Assembly: GCA_963813155.1 (NCBI GenBank)
Contig: CAWEYG010000002.1
Location: 608,001 to 672,000 of the forward strand
DNA from: an uncultured Acidobacteriota bacterium
GTDB lineage: Bacteria > Acidobacteriota > Thermoanaerobaculia > UBA5066 > DATFVB01
Length of the DNA: 64,000 nt
Direction: 5' to 3'
Both the position numbers and the translations under genes were made by a program. Of this stretch, positions 1 through 10,718 are shown in pieces (the first letter of the stretch is position 1; each line of letters begins with the position of its first letter). The notes beneath the pieces were generated by a model, which was given only the letters and a program-made list of their open reading frames with translations, made no database searches and was not told where the DNA came from.

Positions 1-1158
1 ATGTCGGGCTACCTGATCTACATCCGAAGCGTCGAGGCGCTCGACCCGGCGACGGTTCGCATTCGCACGACGCGGCCGCTCGCGGTGCTGCTCAACAAGA
101 CCACCGACGTCGCGATCGTTCCCGACGGATCAGCCGACGAAAAGCTCGCCGCGGGCGAGGATGGCACCGGGCCCTACCGCCTTCGGCGGCTGCGGGCCGA
201 CGCGGTCGAGTTCGAGCGCAACGATCGCTACTGGGGCCCGAAGCCGGCATTTCGCACCGTCACTTACCGGTTGGCCACGAGTCCCCCCCGGGCGATCGAT
301 CTGATCCGGTCGGGCGGAGCGGGTCTCGTCCAGTGCAACAGCCGCGCGGCTGCGGGTCTCCCGAGCGCGGGCGGACGGATCCGGATCCTGCGGCGGCCCG
401 ATCTCTTTCTCAAACACCTCGCTTACGAGCTCCGTCAGGAAACCACGCCCGGAGTGTCCGGGGGACGAAATCCCTTTCGCGACATTCGCGTGCGGCGGGC
501 GATCAACCTCGCGATCGACCGCGACTCGCTCGCCGCGGAGCTTCCCGCGCCCGCCGTGGCCGCCTCTCAGCTCACACCACCGTTCATCTTCGGGTTCGAC
601 CCGTCGATCACGACGCCTCGCACGGACCGAACGGAAGCGAAGCGCCTGTTGAAGGAGGCGGGATACCCGAACGGTTTCCGCGTGAGGTTCGACGTCCGGC
701 GCCTCTTCGAGCCGGCCGCCGCCCTCGTCGCCGGCCAGCTCGCGGCCGTCGGCGTGCTCGCGGACCTGCACGTCCACTCCGACCGGGAATTCGCGGCCCT
801 CGCCGCGCCGGGCGCCAAGACGCTGATCCTCGACCGATTCGGCTGCACGACCGGAGACATCAGCGACATTTTCGACAACGTGGTCCACTCCCCGGACGGC
901 GCGCGGCATTTCGGAATTTTCAACGCGGCCGGCTACGCGAACCCGGAGATCGACCAACTGATCGAAGAGAGCGCCGCGATCACGAACACGAACGCCCGCC
1001 GGAGCGCGCTCCAGAAAATCGTCGGTCAGGTCATGGACGATCTCGTCGTGATTCCCCTCTACGTGGACGAGGACGATTACGCCATCGACCGGTCCCTCGA
1101 CTGGCGCCCCCGCAACGACGGTATGGTGCTCGCCGCGGAAGTCCGCCCGGCGGCCTGA
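1..1158 (+). CDS. ABC transporter substrate-binding protein, family 5 (peptide/nickel type), probably 5'-partial
   Basis: Motifs GTGPY, FERNDRYWG, NPFRDIRVRRAINLAIDR, AKRLLKEAGYPNGF, YANPEIDQLI. Starts at the window edge with no signal peptide. Confidence 0.85.
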   Translation: MSGYLIYIRSVEALDPATVRIRTTRPLAVLLNKTTDVAIVPDGSADEKLAAGEDGTGPYRLRRLRADAVEFERNDRYWGPKPAFRTVTYRLATSPPRAIDLIRSGGAGLVQCNSRAAAGLPSAGGRIRILRRPDLFLKHLAYELRQETTPGVSGGRNPFRDIRVRRAINLAIDRDSLAAELPAPAVAASQLTPPFIFGFDPSITTPRTDRTEAKRLLKEAGYPNGFRVRFDVRRLFEPAAALVAGQLAAVGVLADLHVHSDREFAALAAPGAKTLILDRFGCTTGDISDIFDNVVHSPDGARHFGIFNAAGYANPEIDQLIEESAAITNTNARRSALQKIVGQVMDDLVVIPLYVDEDDYAIDRSLDWRPRNDGMVLAAEVRPAA

Positions 1159-1272
1159 CCGGCCCTGTCCCCTTTTCGGCCGGCACGCGATAGAAGATAG
1201 AAGAGGGAGAGACGCCGGACCGAAGGGAAACGTATAGCGATCGGAAGGCCCGATCGAAAGGATGCAAAGGAG

Positions 1273-3237
1273 ATGTTCACTTTGGGAACCATCGGAAGAA
1301 TTCGAGCCGCGGTCGCAATCGCGTTCCTGCTTTCGCTCCCGGCGACCGGGCGCGCGTCGTACAAATGGAAGGACCCCACCCCCGCCGAAAAGCAGATCGT
1401 GGAGGACCCGGCGAAGGGACTCACGGGCGCCGTCTACCTGGAGATCTCCCAGGAGTCAGTGGACGCGGTCTTCCACCAATACGTGAGGGCGAAAATCCTG
1501 TCCCGGACCGGGTTCGAGGTCGGAACGGTCGACGACCTCTCGGACGAAGCGTTCGAAATCGAAGGCCGCACGATCAGCGCGACGGGAGTCGTCACGCCGC
1601 TGCCCGAACGCGAGATTCGAACGATGACGACCGTCAAGGCCGCCGGCGGCTCCATCCGCCGAAAAGGGTTCACGATGCCGGGCCTCGAACCGGGCTCGTT
1701 CATCGAGTACACGTACCGCGAGTATGGCGCGTTCGGATCGCTCGGCGAGTACCACACCGAGGTGCCGTTTCAGAAAACTTTCCCGGTGCTTCGGCACTCG
1801 CTCACCGTGCCGCACGAGTTCCGATTTCCCTACTCCAGCGCGATTCGCTTCGCGAACGGCGTGAAAATCGAGACGCGCCCGGAGGCGGGAAAGGTCGTTT
1901 ACTCGGCGGACAACGCCCCTGCGATCCACCCGGAGCCGCACGGCCTGCCGAAAAACGAGCGGTCGGCGGCCGTGATTTTCTCGTATTTCTTCTCCGACCT
2001 CCGCGCGTCGACCGCCGACCAGTACTGGGCCGGCGCGACGCGCCTCGGCCTCGCGCCATGGGTGAAGAACCGCCTCCTTCGTCCTTCGAAGGTGGAAGAC
2101 CGGCTCAAGAAAATTCCGGGATCCCGGAGCGCGGACGCTCCAGCGCGACTCAAGGCGCTCTACGCCTACGTCCAGACGACTCTCAAAAACCGCGAGGCCC
2201 TGCCCGCCGGCGAGACACCTCCGCCGGGCGGCTGGAAGAAAAACGCCGACGCGGGCGACGCGTTTTCCCGCGGGAGCGGAACGCCCGAGGATCTCGTGTC
2301 GGCATTCGTGTCGCTGCTTCGCGCCGACGGCTGGGCCAGCCGCGTCGTCTACTGCCCGGATCTCCAGGTGCGCGTCTTTCACCCGCAGATCCCGTCGATC
2401 TACCAGTTCGACACGGAGGTCGTCGAGGTCCGCGACCCGGGCCTGCCGAACCCCGTCTACCTGAGCTTCGAGCATCCCGACACGCCGTTCGGGGTCGTCG
2501 CATGGAACCACCTTGGAACCGATTGCTACGCGGTCGATCTCGACAAAGCGACGGCCGAGGTCGTGCAGATCCCGCAGGCTGCGCCCGCGCAAAACCTGCG
2601 GCGCCGGCTGTGGACGGTAGGCCTGACGGCGGACGGCGACGCGAAGATCGTCCGCGAAAGCCACTGGAACGGCCAGCAGGCCCTGGAGGCGCGCTCCACC
2701 CTCTTTCAGAAAGGGCGCTCGCAGTACGAGAAGGACCTTCGCGAGGACTACCGGAAGATGGATCCCCCGGCCGAGATCGACTCCGTGGAAACGCGCAATG
2801 ACTCGGCGCCGAACGAGGAATTCGTGACGAAGATCTCGTTCGAGCGAACGGGGCTGCTGCCGGCCATGTCGGGGCGAGTCATCTTCTCTCCCCTTTCGAT
2901 GGTCGGCGAGTCCAACCCGTTCACGCAGGAGAAGCGAACAGAGCCCATTCGGTTCGCCTACCCGTGGCTCAACGCGGACACTTTCACGATCTCCCTTCCG
3001 CCGGGATACGCCTTCGAAGGGATTCCCCGCGGCTACGACAACTCGAACGAGGCGGGTCACTACTCGGTGACCGCCCGCCAGGAGGGCAATACCGTCATCG
3101 TCGACCGGGTTTTCGAGCTTCGCCGCGCGGCGGCGAGCGCGAGTGCGTACCCGCTCTACCAGTCGCTCTTCGAGACGGCGGCCCGGGGGGATTCGGACTT
3201 TTCGCTGGTCCTCAAAAAGACGGCGGGCTCGAAATGA
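1273..3237 (+). CDS. Secreted DUF3857 + transglutaminase-like protein, catalytic Cys absent
   Basis: Signal peptide; FTMPGLEPGSFIEY (DUF3857-like); GSGTPEDL at the position of the usual GxC; C-terminal RTEPIRFAYP...ISLPPGY (DUF3858-like). SD AAGGAG. Confidence 0.75.
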   Translation: MFTLGTIGRIRAAVAIAFLLSLPATGRASYKWKDPTPAEKQIVEDPAKGLTGAVYLEISQESVDAVFHQYVRAKILSRTGFEVGTVDDLSDEAFEIEGRTISATGVVTPLPEREIRTMTTVKAAGGSIRRKGFTMPGLEPGSFIEYTYREYGAFGSLGEYHTEVPFQKTFPVLRHSLTVPHEFRFPYSSAIRFANGVKIETRPEAGKVVYSADNAPAIHPEPHGLPKNERSAAVIFSYFFSDLRASTADQYWAGATRLGLAPWVKNRLLRPSKVEDRLKKIPGSRSADAPARLKALYAYVQTTLKNREALPAGETPPPGGWKKNADAGDAFSRGSGTPEDLVSAFVSLLRADGWASRVVYCPDLQVRVFHPQIPSIYQFDTEVVEVRDPGLPNPVYLSFEHPDTPFGVVAWNHLGTDCYAVDLDKATAEVVQIPQAAPAQNLRRRLWTVGLTADGDAKIVRESHWNGQQALEARSTLFQKGRSQYEKDLREDYRKMDPPAEIDSVETRNDSAPNEEFVTKISFERTGLLPAMSGRVIFSPLSMVGESNPFTQEKRTEPIRFAYPWLNADTFTISLPPGYAFEGIPRGYDNSNEAGHYSVTARQEGNTVIVDRVFELRRAAASASAYPLYQSLFETAARGDSDFSLVLKKTAGSK

Positions 3238-5165
3238 GGCGGGCGCTGCTCGCCGCCGCCGCGGGCTTCGTGAGCGCCGCCGCGCTCGCCGCGACGCCCG
3301 ACTGGATCACCCGCGCGTCGAAAGCGGCCGTTCCCCCGGAGCTGCTCTCGGTCCGGCCCGCGCCGGACGCGGTCGTCCTGTGGGACCAGCAGATCATCAC
3401 GGCGTCGGCCGCAACGGGTTCGACGAAGCTCTTTCGCCGGCACGCGGTTCGGATCCTCACGGTCGGCGGAAGCTCCGCCGGGACGTTCGAGGAAGCTTAC
3501 GACGACGATTCGCGCGTCGACATCGAGGGCGCGTGGAGCCTCCACGGCGACGGCACCACCGAAGAGCTCAAGCTTCGCGACGTCGTGACGACGCAACTCG
3601 CGAACCCCGAGTACTTCACCGACACGCAAATGCTGTATTTCCGTCCGCCGCGGTTGGCCCCGGGCGACGTGGCCGCGTTCGCGCTCTCCCGAAAGTCACG
3701 GCGGGACGTGCATCAATGGATCCTCCCGCTGCAAAGGAAGGAACCCGTCGTCGGGGAACAGATCGTCATCGACCTTCCGGCGGGATGGCGCCACCGCTGG
3801 CGGCTCACCCGGGCGCCGGAGGGCTACTCCGGACCGCTCTCGGGTGACGGGTCCAACCAGGCTTCGTACCCGTTCGGGCCCCAGCGCGCGCTTCCCGAGG
3901 AGGCGTCGGCGCCTCCGGAAGCCGACCTCCCGGCACAAATCGAGATCGCCCTGATCCCGCCTGCCGGAAGCTTCGGCAATCTCGCGTTTGCGGCCTGGAA
4001 CGACGTCGCTTCGTGGTTCGAGCGCAAGAGCGTTCCTGCCCGCGGCGCCGTGCCGGCCGCCCTTCGCGTGCCCGGCACGAGTCCGCTCGCGGACTGCGCC
4101 CGCTGGGTCCAGGAGAAGGTGCGGTACGTCGCGCTCGAGGTCGGCGAAGGTGGCTACGTCGCGAGGCCTCCGGCGCTCGTCGCGCAGCGCCTGTTCGGAG
4201 ACTGCAAGGACAAGGCGTTTCTGCTCATCGCGCTGCTGAAAAGAAACGGGATCGAGGCGTATCCCGTCCTCGCGAGGCCGCGCGACTTCGGAAGCGTGGA
4301 CCCCGGCTTCCCGTCTCCCGTCCAGTTCGATCACCTGGTCGTCGCGGTGCGGCCGCCGAAGGTGGAAGCCGTGCCCGGGCTCGTGAAGCTCCCCGACGGG
4401 CCCGCGGTGATCTTCGATCCGACCGACCCGTGGACGCCGTTCGGCGAGCTCCCCCAGGGCCTGCAGGGCACGCGGGCGCTCGTCGTCGAGAACGGCAGCG
4501 GCATTCTCGTGGAGCTGCCGTACGCGGACGGTTCCGTCAACTCGCAGAACCGAACGGTGGACGCCGCTCTCGACCGCTCGGGGCGGCTCTCCGCCTCGGT
4601 GACCGACACGACGCGAGGCACGCGGTGCCAGCGGGACATCTATCAGTCGATGCCGCCGTTGAAGCGCACGGAATCCCTCGCGCGCGGCGTGGAACGGGCG
4701 ATCCCGGGATCGACGCTGTCGGGCCTGACGCTCGAGCACCTCGACGACCGGGACCAGCCGCTCGAAGCCCGCTACTCCGTGACGGCGCCCGGGTACCTGC
4801 ACCACGCGGGCGGCGTATGGCTTCTCTCCGTCCTGCCGTTCCCGATGGGCCCTCACGAATCTCGCGCCTCTCCGAGCGGCGCTTTCCGATCGAGCTCGGG
4901 GAGCCCCGGCAGCTGGACCTCAAGGCCACTCTCCGCCTCCCGGAAGGTTTCAAGCTCGACGGATTGCCCGACGCCGTCGACGCGGACAACGCTTACGCCG
5001 CGTACCATTTCTCGGTTTCGCAGCAGGGCTCCGCGATCGTCGCGACCGAGTCGTACCGCGTGAAGAAAACCTCGATCCCGGTCGCGGAAGCTGGCCGCGT
5101 GGAAGCAGATCGAGTCCGCCGCCGCGAAGGGGCGCGGCGCGACCGCGGCCGTGCTGCCTCCGTAG
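3234..5165 (+). CDS. Secreted DUF3857 + transglutaminase protein, two apparent frameshifts (~4850, ~5090)
   Basis: ATG 3234 overlaps the upstream TGA. Signal peptide; VRYVALEVGEGG, FGDCKDKA, FDHLVV, DPT (Cys-His-Asp triad). C-terminus continues in other frames (LRLPEGFKLDGLP..., ...AAWKQIE...LPP*). Confidence 0.75.
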
Positions 5166-5181
5166 GGACTTCCCCGGCTCT

Positions 5182-7695
5182 CTATCGGCCTTCCGGCCCC
5201 GCAATCGGAACGAGGGGCGGCGGCTCGACCGGGGCGATCACGGGAATCGGGACCGGATCGACGGTGAAGGACGCGCTCTCCGTGACGCCCAGGTAGGTCG
5301 CGGCGACCGCCGCCGCCGTGGGAGACGAGACGGCCGTCGTCGTCACCGAAAACGAGGCGGACGCCGAACCCTCGGGAACGAGAACGCTTTGCGGAACCGA
5401 GACCGGACCGCTCGCCGAGAGCGTCACGACGGCGCCGCCCGCGGGCGCGACGGCGGAAAGCGTCACGCTTCCCGTCAAATCGAAGCCTCCCGCGACCGAG
5501 TCGCGACTGACGCTGACGGACTGCAGCGCGGCCGGTATCGGCCTCAACGTCGCCGGCAGGGCCGCGACGAAAGCATCCTCGGAACCGCCGTCCGCGGCAT
5601 GCGCCGCGAACGCCCCGCCGGCGGTGCCGGGAAAATCGCTCGAGGTCGTGGTCCCGGCGACATACACGTCCCCCGAAATCGGGTGGATCGCGAGCGCGTT
5701 CGCGGCGTCGGTTCCGCCGCCTCCGAGATAGGTCGCCTGCGCAAGCGTCGCCAGGTCGGCAGTCAGGTGCGCGACGAACGCGTCTTCGAACCCCCCGCCT
5801 CCGTTCGCGGCCTGCGCCGCGCCGGACGTGCCGGGAAAGTCCGCGGAAGAGCTGACACCGGCCACGTAAACGTCCCCCGTGGCGGGGTGAATCGCGAGCG
5901 CGCTCGCGACGTCGTCGCCGCTCCCTCCGAGGTAGGTCGCCCGCTCGAGCGAGGACAGGTCGAAGGTCAGACGCGCGACAAACGCGTCCGCGCCCCCGGC
6001 AGCGCCCGCCTGCGCCGCGCCGGACGTGCCCGGAAAGTCCGTGGAATCCGTATATCCCGCGGCGTACACGTCGCCCGACACCGGATGAATCGCGAGGGCC
6101 CGAACGACGTCGCCGCCGGTGCCCCCCAGGTACGTGACCTGCTCGACCGCCGTCAGGCCGGCATTGAATCGGGCGACGAAGCCGTCCGTGTTGCCGGAGT
6201 CCGCCGCGTGCGAAGGGAAGGCCCCGCCCGACGTGCCCCGAAAATCGACGGAAAGCGTGAAGCCCCCGATGTACACGTCTCCGGAAGCCGGATGTATCGC
6301 GATCGCGTTGGCCTGATCGTAGCTGTCGCCGCCCGCGTAAGTCGCCTGATTGAGCGTCTTGAGGTCGGAGCTGAGACGAGCGACGAACGCGTCGCCCTCG
6401 CCGGCCGTCCCCGAGTGCGCTCCGCCGGAGGTCCGCGGAAAGTCCTTGGAGAGCGTCCAGCCCGCCACGTAGACCTCTCCCGAGGTCGGATGGACCGCGA
6501 GAGCGAGAGCCTGGTCGACGTTGTTGCCGCCCAGGTAGGTGGCCTGCTCGAGAGTCGTCAGGGAGGAGCTCAACCGCGCGACGAAAGCGTCGCTCGTGAC
6601 GATCGTGGTGGAGCTGTCCGTGCTCTTCTGCGGCTGCGCGCCGCCGGTGACGCCGGGGAAATCCGTCGAGTCCGTGTAGCCGGCGACGTACACGTCGCCC
6701 GACGCCGGATCGATCGCGAGGGCGCGGGCGGCGTCGACGCCGCTGCCGCCGAGGTAGGTGGCCTGCTCGAGCGCCGTCAGTCCGGGCGTGAAGCGCGCGA
6801 CGAAGGCGTCGTCGAAGCTCCCGGCTCCTTTGGCCGGCTGCCCTCCGCCGGCCGTGCCCGGAAAATCCGTCGAGAACGCATCGCCCGCCACGTACACGTC
6901 GCCCGACGTCGGGTTGACGGCGATCGCGAAGGCCTCGTCGTCGTTGTCGCCGCCCAGGTAGGTCGCCTGGAACACGGGATCGATCACGACGGGCAGCGCC
7001 GCGTCGCGGTCCGCTAGGCGAAATCCATATTGCCGTCCGTGCAGCTCGTACGCGACGCGCACGCGCGACGACGTTCCGCGGCCGTCTGTCTGGGTCGCCG
7101 AAGGCGCCGTGAACGTCACGGCCCCGGAGCCGGTTTCCGCGACGAGGGCCCCGGCCGAGTCCACCCGCAGCCTCCGCGCGCCGCGGACGCTCATTCGAAT
7201 CGACGCGGGATCGGCGCCTGGCCGAACCGTGAACACCTTCTCGACTCCCCGGCCGCGCGCCCGCAAATCGAGCGAGACCCCGGGCCAGACCTCCCCGAGG
7301 GAAACGTCCTCGAAGGTCCGAAGTCCGGTTCTCCACCGCTTCCGGTCGTTTCCCCGGAACTCGCTCACGGACGCGGAGGCCCGGGTTCCCCCTGTCGGCC
7401 GGGGCCGTCCGCCGACCGCCGTCTCCGTCAGCGCGGAAGATTTCTTTCCCGAAGGGAGCGAATAGACCACCTTCCCGGCTCGAGTGACGAACACCGTGCC
7501 GGAGAAGGTCGGCGCATAGAATGCGACCGCCGAATCCGCCTGGCCGGAATTCGTCACGAAGGGGACGCGCACGCCGGAGAATCGTTGCCCGGCCTGGCTC
7601 TCGGACGGCGAAATGCCCAAGAACACGAGCGCCAGGAGACCGAAAATCCATCGGAAACGAGGTTGGGCGCCTGTGGATCGAAAATTCATCTTCAT
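5182..7695 (-). CDS. Secreted SBBP-type beta-propeller repeat protein with C-terminal Ig-like domain
   Basis: Signal peptide; FVTNSGQ...PVVIDP N-terminal domain; seven ~60-aa repeats (Q/R)ATYLGG..D.A.A.AI.P.SGDVYVAG.T.S.DFP...DAFVA; Pro-rich tail. Confidence 0.85.
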   Translation of the reverse strand: MKMNFRSTGAQPRFRWIFGLLALVFLGISPSESQAGQRFSGVRVPFVTNSGQADSAVAFYAPTFSGTVFVTRAGKVVYSLPSGKKSSALTETAVGGRPRPTGGTRASASVSEFRGNDRKRWRTGLRTFEDVSLGEVWPGVSLDLRARGRGVEKVFTVRPGADPASIRMSVRGARRLRVDSAGALVAETGSGAVTFTAPSATQTDGRGTSSRVRVAYELHGRQYGFRLADRDAALPVVIDPVFQATYLGGDNDDEAFAIAVNPTSGDVYVAGDAFSTDFPGTAGGGQPAKGAGSFDDAFVARFTPGLTALEQATYLGGSGVDAARALAIDPASGDVYVAGYTDSTDFPGVTGGAQPQKSTDSSTTIVTSDAFVARLSSSLTTLEQATYLGGNNVDQALALAVHPTSGEVYVAGWTLSKDFPRTSGGAHSGTAGEGDAFVARLSSDLKTLNQATYAGGDSYDQANAIAIHPASGDVYIGGFTLSVDFRGTSGGAFPSHAADSGNTDGFVARFNAGLTAVEQVTYLGGTGGDVVRALAIHPVSGDVYAAGYTDSTDFPGTSGAAQAGAAGGADAFVARLTFDLSSLERATYLGGSGDDVASALAIHPATGDVYVAGVSSSADFPGTSGAAQAANGGGGFEDAFVAHLTADLATLAQATYLGGGGTDAANALAIHPISGDVYVAGTTTSSDFPGTAGGAFAAHAADGGSEDAFVAALPATLRPIPAALQSVSVSRDSVAGGFDLTGSVTLSAVAPAGGAVVTLSASGPVSVPQSVLVPEGSASASFSVTTTAVSSPTAAAVAATYLGVTESASFTVDPVPIPVIAPVEPPPLVPIAGPEGR

Positions 7696-7745
7696 CGTTG
7701 GCCGCGCAGACGACCAACGTCCAAACGCGGCTCGAGGGCGATTCG

Positions 7746-9191
7746 TTACAGCTTGAGGCAGATGTTCTTGGCTTCGGTGAAGAAGTCGAGCGAGTCGAAG
7801 CCGCCCTCGCGTCCGACGCCGCTGTCTTTCATTCCTCCAAAGGGGACGCGAAGGTCGCGCAGCAGCCAGGTATTGACCCAGACCGTCCCGCAGTCGATCG
7901 CCGCGGCGACGCGGTGGGCCTTGCCGACGTCGCGCGTCCACACGCTCGCGGAAAGGCCGTAGCGCGAGCCGTTCGCGAAGGCGATCGCTTCGTCGGGGGA
8001 ATCGAACGGCGTCACGGTGACGACGGGGCCGAAGATCTCCTCCTGGAGGACGCGGCATTCGACGCCGAGCCCGACAACGACGGCGGGCTCGAGGAAATAG
8101 CCGCCCCGAACGCGTTCCGGGAGTTCGGCCGGAGGTTTCCCTCCGCAGAGGACCTCGCCCCCCTCCTGCTTCGCGAGCTCGACGTAGCCGGAGACTTTCT
8201 CCCGGTGCGCCCGGCTGATCAGCGCGCCCACTTCCGTCGCCGGGTCCCGCGGGTCGCCGACCTGGAGCCTCTTTGCCCGCGCGAGGAATCGGTCGAGGAA
8301 CTCGGAGTAGATCTCTCTCTCGACGAAGATCCGCGAGCCGCACAGGCAGATCTCCCCCTGGTTCGCGAAGCTCGATGAGATCGACGTGGCCACGGCTTCC
8401 TCGAGGTCCGCGTCGGCGAAGACGATATTCGGGTTCTTTCCCCCGAGCTCGAGCGAGACTTTCTTGAAGAGCGGCCCGGCCTGCGCCATCACGTCCGCGC
8501 CCGTCTTCGTCCCGCCGGTGAACGAGATCAGGGGAACGCCGGGGTGCGCCGTGAGCGCGCGTCCGGCGACGGCTCCCCGGCCGTGGACGACGTTGATCAC
8601 GCCGGGCGGAATTTCCGCTTCCCGCGCCAGCTCGGCCAGCCGGTTCGCCGTCAGCGGCGTGAGCTCCGAAGGCTTCGCGACGCAGCAGTTGCCGGCCGCG
8701 ATGGCGGGCGCGATCTTCCAGGTCAGCAGGTACAGCGGAAGGTTCCAGGGCGAAATCAGGCCGGCGACGCCGAGCGGCTGACGAAGCGTGTAGTTGAGCG
8801 CGCCGCCGTCCATCGGGTGGCACTTCGTCTCGGCATGGAGGATCGCGGTCGCGAAGAATCGGAAGTTTCGGATCGCGCGCGGAATGTCGAGCCGCCGCGC
8901 GAGAGAGATGGGCTTTCCGCTATCCTCGGATTCCAGCGAGGCCAGCTCGTCGAAATTCTCCTCGATGAGGTCGGCGAGCCGCAGCAAAAGCCTCGAGCGA
9001 TCTTCGGCGGGCGTCGCGCGCCAGGCCGGGAACGCGCGGGCCGCGGCGGCGACGGCCGCGTCGACGTCGGTCCCGTCGCTGTCGGCGATTTCGGCGATCC
9101 CCTCGCCGGTCGCGGGGTTCACGTCCTCCAGAAACTTGCCGGAGCAGGGCGGGCGAAACTCGCCGCCGATGAAATTGAAGACGCGTTTCAC
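7746..9191 (-). CDS. 2-aminomuconate/2-hydroxymuconate semialdehyde dehydrogenase (ALDH8-like)
   Basis: ISPWNLP, AKPSELTP, FTGG, LELGGKNP, NQGEICLCGSR, EEIFGPV; located in the kynurenine cluster. Confidence 0.88.
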   Translation of the reverse strand: MKRVFNFIGGEFRPPCSGKFLEDVNPATGEGIAEIADSDGTDVDAAVAAAARAFPAWRATPAEDRSRLLLRLADLIEENFDELASLESEDSGKPISLARRLDIPRAIRNFRFFATAILHAETKCHPMDGGALNYTLRQPLGVAGLISPWNLPLYLLTWKIAPAIAAGNCCVAKPSELTPLTANRLAELAREAEIPPGVINVVHGRGAVAGRALTAHPGVPLISFTGGTKTGADVMAQAGPLFKKVSLELGGKNPNIVFADADLEEAVATSISSSFANQGEICLCGSRIFVEREIYSEFLDRFLARAKRLQVGDPRDPATEVGALISRAHREKVSGYVELAKQEGGEVLCGGKPPAELPERVRGGYFLEPAVVVGLGVECRVLQEEIFGPVVTVTPFDSPDEAIAFANGSRYGLSASVWTRDVGKAHRVAAAIDCGTVWVNTWLLRDLRVPFGGMKDSGVGREGGFDSLDFFTEAKNICLKL

Positions 9192-9222
9192 CCGCCGATT
9201 CTATTCCGAGTAGGATCTACCG
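9192..9222. promoter_or_regulatory. Back-to-back leaderless -10 elements for ALDH and TDO
   Basis: Minus strand TAGAAT (9198-9203) is 6 nt before GTG 9191. Plus strand TAGGAT (9211-9216) is 6 nt before ATG 9223. No SD on either side. Confidence 0.65.
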
Positions 9223-10320
9223 ATGCCCAAGCCGAGCGAGCCCCTTTATTACGCGGACTACATCCAGCTCGAAAAACTGCTCGACTGCCAGCGGCTCGAA
9301 AGCGAGCGGCGCGGCCGCCTCGCCCACGACGAGATGCTGTTCGTCATCGTTCACCAGACCTACGAGCTGTGGTTCAAGCAAGTCCTCTGGGAGCTCGACG
9401 CCGTGCTCGCGTTCTTCCGGAACCCGACCGTGCAGGAGGAGGACGTGGGCCGAGCCGTCTCCCACTTCGCCCGCATTGTCGAGATCCAGCGCGTCCTGAT
9501 CCAGCAGGTCGACGTGCTCGAGACGATGACGCCGCTCGATTTTCTCGAGTTCCGGGACGTTCTGATTCCCGCTTCGGGAGTCCAGAGCGTTCAGTTCCGC
9601 CTCGTCGAGAACAAGATGGGACTCCGGCGCGAGAACCGCCTCCAGCTGAGCGACGCCCCCTACACGTCCCGATTCCGCCCGGAAGATCAAGCGCGGCTCG
9701 AGGCCTCGGAGAAGGAGCCTTCCCTGTTCGATCTTCTCCAGGGCTGGCTCGAGCGCACCCCTTTCCTGAGCTTCGGCGGATTCGACTTCTGGCGGGAGTA
9801 CCGGCAGGCCGTCGACGCGATGCTCGCGGCCGATCGCGAATCGATCCGGAACAATCCGACTCTGACCGAGAAAGAGAAGTCCACGCAGCTCGCCGGGCTG
9901 GAGGCCACCGGGCGGCGTTTCGAGGACGTCTTCGGAGAATCCGCCGGCGCGCCCGCCGCGGAGGCCCCGGGACCGGGGCCGCGTTTCTCGCGGCGCGCGC
10001 TCCAGGCGGCCCTCCTGATCCATCTCTACCGCGACGAGCCGATCCTCCACCTGCCCTTCCGGCTCCTGACCCTCGTCACGGACATGGAACGGAATTTCAC
10101 GACGTGGCGCCAGCGCCATGCGCAAATGGCGCAGCGCATGATCGGCACGCGGATCGGCACCGGGGGAAGCTCCGGAAGCGAGTACCTCGGCAGGGCGGCC
10201 GAACGTCACCGGGTCTTCGGGGACCTCGTCGGCCTCTCGTCGTTCTTCATCCCGCGGTCGGCCCTGCCGAAGCTTCCGGCCGAAGTGAAGGGAACGATGG
10301 GCTTCAACTTTCCGCGATGA
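9223..10320 (+). CDS. kynA: Tryptophan 2,3-dioxygenase (long form)
   Basis: YADYIQLEKLL, HDEMLFVIVHQTYELWFKQ, MTPLDFLEFR, PASGVQS.QFR, RMIGTRIGTGGSSG..YL. Confidence 0.95.
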   Translation: MPKPSEPLYYADYIQLEKLLDCQRLESERRGRLAHDEMLFVIVHQTYELWFKQVLWELDAVLAFFRNPTVQEEDVGRAVSHFARIVEIQRVLIQQVDVLETMTPLDFLEFRDVLIPASGVQSVQFRLVENKMGLRRENRLQLSDAPYTSRFRPEDQARLEASEKEPSLFDLLQGWLERTPFLSFGGFDFWREYRQAVDAMLAADRESIRNNPTLTEKEKSTQLAGLEATGRRFEDVFGESAGAPAAEAPGPGPRFSRRALQAALLIHLYRDEPILHLPFRLLTLVTDMERNFTTWRQRHAQMAQRMIGTRIGTGGSSGSEYLGRAAERHRVFGDLVGLSSFFIPRSALPKLPAEVKGTMGFNFPR

Positions 10321-10684
10321 CCTTGAGCTCGATCGAAATCGGCGTCGGCAGCGCGACGACGCCGACGGTCGTTCTCGCCGGCTGAATCTCGCCGAAGTAT
10401 TCGCCGTAGACCTTGTTGAAGGCCGCGAAGTCTTCGTGAATGTCCGTCAGAAAGACGGTCACGTCGATCACCTTCTCGAGCGAGCTGCCGGCGTCCTCGA
10501 GGATCGCCTTCACGTTCTCGATGCACGACCGCGTCTGCGCCTCGATGCCCTCGGCGATCGCGTCCGTCTTCGAATGCCGCGGCCCGATACCCGAGACGAA
10601 CAGCAGATTTCCGAATCTCCGCGCGTGAGGATACGGCCCCACCGGCCGGGGAGCTCGCTTCGAGACGACGGGACCGTCGGTCAT
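10304..10684 (-). CDS. RidA-family protein, probable 2-aminomuconate deaminase
   Basis: [49 protein letters not shown]; kynurenine cluster context. Confidence 0.85.
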   Translation of the reverse strand: MTDGPVVSKRAPRPVGPYPHARRFGNLLFVSGIGPRHSKTDAIAEGIEAQTRSCIENVKAILEDAGSSLEKVIDVTVFLTDIHEDFAAFNKVYGEYFGEIQPARTTVGVVALPTPISIELKVIAES

Positions 10685-10718
10685 GGCACCTATAATATCG
10701 GCTTCGCGGGAGGCGGCA
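10685..10718. promoter_or_regulatory. Overlapping bidirectional -10 elements
   Basis: Plus strand TATAAT 10691-10696 (for nbaC, followed by GGAGG SD) overlaps minus strand TATTAT 10692-10697, which is 7 nt before the RidA ATG. Confidence 0.6.

Noticed and set aside
5560-6990. Regular ~180-bp nucleotide repeats that could look like an array
   Set aside because: They are the in-frame SBBP propeller repeats of one CDS, not CRISPR. No CRISPR array or cas gene was seen in the window.
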